Origin: a virus
Lineage: Duplodnaviria > Caudoviricetes
DNA length: 27,048 nucleotides
Reading direction: 5' to 3' (one strand)
IMG/VR virus record: IMGVR_UViG_3300020358_000021
Span: 1-27,048 of that record
Shown: positions 24,114 to 27,048 of the stretch, piece after piece
Layout of the letters: each line of letters opens with the position of its first letter
Numbering within the stretch: the first letter of the stretch is position 1
Position numbers and translations under genes: made by a program
The notes under the pieces: generated by a model
Told to the model about the DNA's origin: nothing
What the model saw: the letters and a program-made list of their open reading frames with translations, nothing else
Database searches by the model: none

Positions 24114-24794
24114 TTATATTAATTTTAAATAGGTCGAGTCTGGCTCGAACCAAATTGTTTTTTTATTTTGATTGTTCGGTATGCAAAAACCTAAACTTCT
24201 AATCCAATGACTTGAGCCAGCAGTAGGTACTGAATTTAATTTTGAGTCTGCATCTAAATATAAAGTTTGACCAACAGTCCATGTATTTATTTTAGATGCT
24301 GGTAAATCTATATATCCCTTATGCATTACTTGTAATGTAGAATTAGTATATTCTTGAAAAATAAACAAGGTGTTATACGCTCCACTTGCTGTACTAGTTA
24401 CGTCTGCTTTTTCTAAAGTAGCAGAATATTCATTACTACCACTTTTAAAAAAAACTACATCTCCGTATTCGAAAGAAGAAGAATTACTTAATGTAAAGTT
24501 ATCAAATTTATATTGAAAAGCATTTAGTAATTGCGGCACTAACGAATTAGTTTGTGACCCTACACTTATATTAACTGATTGTTGAAATACCAACCCACCA
24601 ATAGCAGATGATTGCGTGCCTGTTGTAGCTCTAGGAACAAAAGTAGAACCTAAAACGTCTATTAGGGCAAGGTTGTCTGCAACAGGAGAAAACACAGAAG
24701 AGCTTACGGCAGAAGCGTTAGGTGAAATTGCAAACGCAGGTGCGGCTGAAATTCCAATAGATGCAGAAGCTGTAGCTATTCCTATTGTTGGCAT
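24114..24794 (-). CDS. Virion protein with C-terminal capsid-cement/head-fibre-like domain
   Basis: GDVVF...KAD...GYI...WTVGQTLYLD....NSVP..GS.HWIRSLGF...IWFEP pattern. Confidence 0.55.
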   Translation of the reverse strand: MPTIGIATASASIGISAAPAFAISPNASAVSSSVFSPVADNLALIDVLGSTFVPRATTGTQSSAIGGLVFQQSVNISVGSQTNSLVPQLLNAFQYKFDNFTLSNSSSFEYGDVVFFKSGSNEYSATLEKADVTSTASGAYNTLFIFQEYTNSTLQVMHKGYIDLPASKINTWTVGQTLYLDADSKLNSVPTAGSSHWIRSLGFCIPNNQNKKTIWFEPDSTYLKLI

Positions 24795-25339
24795 TACAGT
24801 TGTGTTATGTCAGCGTTCAAAGTAAAAGTACCAAACAACCAAGTTGTAAATTCAGTTGTAGTTGCAGTAGATACCCTTGTTCTTATTTGTAAATCATACT
24901 TATAAACTCCTGGCTCAAATGATATATAATTATGAGGAGCACTAATAATTAGTCTATCTGCAAGCTCACCACCGTCCATACCACTTACATCTACACCACC
25001 ACCAACATTTGTAGAGCCAGATGATACGCCATAAAAATGTCCAGGGGTTGTAGCAGTTGGCACTACACTAGTTCCGTCAGCAGAAGCTTCTGTATCGGTG
25101 CTTGTCCATCTTGCAGAGTATATGTTAAGCTTAACGTCACCTGTAGAAGCATCTACAATAGACATTTTACCTTGATACACGTTAGCATCAGTATCGTTAG
25201 TTATTCCTGTAACCATGTCTAAACTAGCAGTCGTACTGCCTGGGGCTAGTACCTGTAACTCAAATTTAAAGCTATCGTTTCTTCTTGCAGATATATTAAC
25301 TTCTGCCGCTATATCAGTCTTTACTGTTTGTGCTGCCAT
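24794..25339 (-). CDS. Ig-like fibre adaptor/baseplate-type protein, paralogue 3
   Basis: MAAQTVKTDIAAEVNISARRNDSF...PGVYKYDLQI...TWLFGTFTLNADIT. Confidence 0.65.
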   Translation of the reverse strand: MAAQTVKTDIAAEVNISARRNDSFKFELQVLAPGSTTASLDMVTGITNDTDANVYQGKMSIVDASTGDVKLNIYSARWTSTDTEASADGTSVVPTATTPGHFYGVSSGSTNVGGGVDVSGMDGGELADRLIISAPHNYISFEPGVYKYDLQIRTRVSTATTTEFTTWLFGTFTLNADITQL

Positions 25340-25352
25340 AATAAATATTGTT

Positions 25353-25368
25353 TAAACAAATATACTAA
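25353..25368 (-). promoter_or_regulatory. Candidate late promoter box TTAGTATATTTGTTTA
   Basis: Perfect TAnnTTTG (TATATTTG, 25357-25364) in the 29-nt gap upstream of the fibre operon; no TTTG -33 box seen. Confidence 0.5.
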
Positions 25369-27048
25369 TTATCTTAATGAGTTCTTACTCGATTTTTTTT
25401 CTTTTAAAACTGCTCTAGCAGGAGAAGGTAAGAGTTGTGCTAAGTTAGAAACAAACTTCTTATCTCCCTTGTCACCATATTTAGATTTACGCTTATACTC
25501 AGTACCTTTAACAGCATGGAATATAGATAAATTTAAATTCTTAAACGTGTTAAGGGCAGGTATGTTAGCCATATAAGTAAGCTTAGGAGCGTTAACAACT
25601 AATAACATATCACCTAATAACTTTTCAAGCAATTTAAATGCTTCTGAATCTTTTTCGTCATCATCACTACTTACAGAAGATATTGCTAATAACATGGCCA
25701 CTATCATCACACCATGTGTACCTCTCCAATAACGCATCACAGCGTCTTGTTTGTGTTTAGGTAACTTCTTAAGCTCAGCGTTCCATTCAGATATGTTCCA
25801 CATCTTACCTTCATCTCTAAGCTTAGACATAAAATCAGCAGCTCCTGTGTATGCACCCATACGCATTGTACCTAAATCATCTATATCTTCTTTACCGAAT
25901 CTATCTCTTAAGAATGTAGGAAACCATCTTTTGAACTGCATAGTCATATTAGATAAGGCGTACATTTGTATCATACGCACATCAGTTTCAGAATAACCTC
26001 TACCTTGTACGTTTACTACATCTCTTTCTAATATTGCTAACTCTTCAGGTGTTATACCTTTTGCGCCGTCTCTAAGCTGTAAATCACCTTTATCGTCTAC
26101 GTAGTACGAATCAAATTGTTCGTCTGTTAGAGCACCTAAAAAGGCTGCTTGTTGTATCCAGTTCTCTGCTAATACCATAGGAGAGAATATGAGCGAGCTT
26201 AACGAGCTTCCACCTGTACCTTCAGCTATTTCTTCTGCACGATAAGTTAGTATACCAAACTCTTCAATCATCTTACGTGACTTTATTCGTTTAGCATTAT
26301 CGTAACCTATTTTCTTGTCCATACCCCAATACCTAGCCTCACCTAAAGCAGTGTTTGTAACACCCATCTGTCTATAAGCATTAAACTTACCAATCAGTAC
26401 GTTACCAAACGCAGCAGGAACATTTAATCCTAAAGCCACATACATAGTCCAGTTAACAAAGAAATTAGTTATATCAGCTTCAGATTCAAAATCACTAAAT
26501 GTAAACCCTCTTTCTTTATTAATTAAACCTCTCTTTACTACTTTTTGTAAGTAGTTGATTGCGTTTTTATTTTTAACCTCACCGTATTTAGCAAATGGGT
26601 CAAAGATTTTACCACCACCTAAACTTGCTATTGCAGCATCTACTTCTTGTTTTTTGTCATCGAACCCAGTAAAAGCTAAACGCTCATTAGCCATGTCTTC
26701 AAGGGAATCATCTTCCTCTTGAAATGCTCTTGTTTTTTCATTGTAACGTAAGTGCTTATATTTATCACCTACCTTATATGCATTACCATGTTGGAACATA
26801 AATAGAGATAAATAACTTCTTAAGGCTGCATGCATGTTACCTGTACCTAAATAAGAAGAAGTCATTGAACGCTTGTGATTAAACCTGTTCATAGCTTCTT
26901 CAGACTCTAACGACATAAGTTGATTAATAGAGGAATTTCTAGTAATCTTATCACCCTTGTAGTTAATTCCTTTATCTACGTAACTTTGTGCTTTACGTTT
27001 TATTTTTTCTAGTTCTTCAATACGTACAACACCAGACTTAGTTTTCTT
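25369..27048 (-). CDS. C-terminal part of a large, mostly helical virion (ejection/cargo-type) protein, 5'-truncated
   Basis: The frame stays open for 44 more codons from 26916 to the window edge. VVNVQGRGYS...MQFKRWFP and a hydrophobic segment followed by DDDE resemble the C-termini of large internal virion proteins of podo-type phages. Confidence 0.6.
   Translation of the reverse strand, partial: KKTKSGVVRIEELEKIKRKAQSYVDKGINYKGDKITRNSSINQLMSLESEEAMNRFNHKRSMTSSYLGTGNMHAALRSYLSLFMFQHGNAYKVGDKYKHLRYNEKTRAFQEEDDSLEDMANERLAFTGFDDKKQEVDAAIASLGGGKIFDPFAKYGEVKNKNAINYLQKVVKRGLINKERGFTFSDFESEADITNFFVNWTMYVALGLNVPAAFGNVLIGKFNAYRQMGVTNTALGEARYWGMDKKIGYDNAKRIKSRKMIEEFGILTYRAEEIAEGTGGSSLSSLIFSPMVLAENWIQQAAFLGALTDEQFDSYYVDDKGDLQLRDGAKGITPEELAILERDVVNVQGRGYSETDVRMIQMYALSNMTMQFKRWFPTFLRDRFGKEDIDDLGTMRMGAYTGAADFMSKLRDEGKMWNISEWNAELKKLPKHKQDAVMRYWRGTHGVMIVAMLLAISSVSSDDDEKDSEAFKLLEKLLGDMLLVVNAPKLTYMANIPALNTFKNLNLSIFHAVKGTEYKRKSKYGDKGDKKFVSNLAQLLPSPARAVLKEKKSSKNSLR

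Noticed and set aside
13077-25339. Diversity-generating retroelement or invertible tail-fibre cassette
   Set aside because: No reverse transcriptase or recombinase is present, and I found no near-identical TR/VR pair or inverted repeats. The repeats seen are diverged in-frame protein repeats.
1-27048. Stop-codon reassignment as seen in some crAss-like phages
   Set aside because: Genes tile completely under code 11. TAG (6830, 16996, 17540) and TGA (6016, 6559, 9144) act as real stops, several overlapping the next start codon.
1-27048. CRISPR array, rRNA, integrase or transposase
   Set aside because: No regularly spaced direct repeats or recognisable motifs for these were seen.

Overview
This window is a gene-dense, AT-rich fragment of a tailed dsDNA phage genome. 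The host is most likely Bacteroidota (Flavobacteriia-like): starts lack Shine-Dalgarno sites, TAnnTTTG-type promoter boxes are present, and two signal peptides are followed by Gln. There are two convergent arms. The + arm (1-6830) is a replication/recombination module: initiator C-terminus, DnaB, a truncated HU, an AAA_24/Sak4-like ATPase, SSB, NinB-like, RusA-like, a RecE-like nuclease, a GGCT-like protein, a DnaA-domain-IV-like protein and small hypotheticals. It also holds two strongly base-paired intergenic RNA-like elements (6032-6128, 6836-6968). The - arm (7031-27048) carries late genes: the 3' part of a very large probable virion protein, tail/head fibre genes with three paralogous adaptor proteins, small basic proteins, and an unusual envelope/lysis region. 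That region contains a probable outer-membrane beta-barrel, a secreted thioredoxin fold lacking CxxC, paralogous TM/coiled-coil proteins, an M15 endolysin, a holin-like protein and a catalytically dead amidase. Several plausible micro-ORFs missing from the supplied track were found by hand, including a 51-aa peptide ending in a ribonucleotide-reductase-type redox tail (CNMDDPDCEACGS). All family calls come from motifs recognised by eye; no searches were run.
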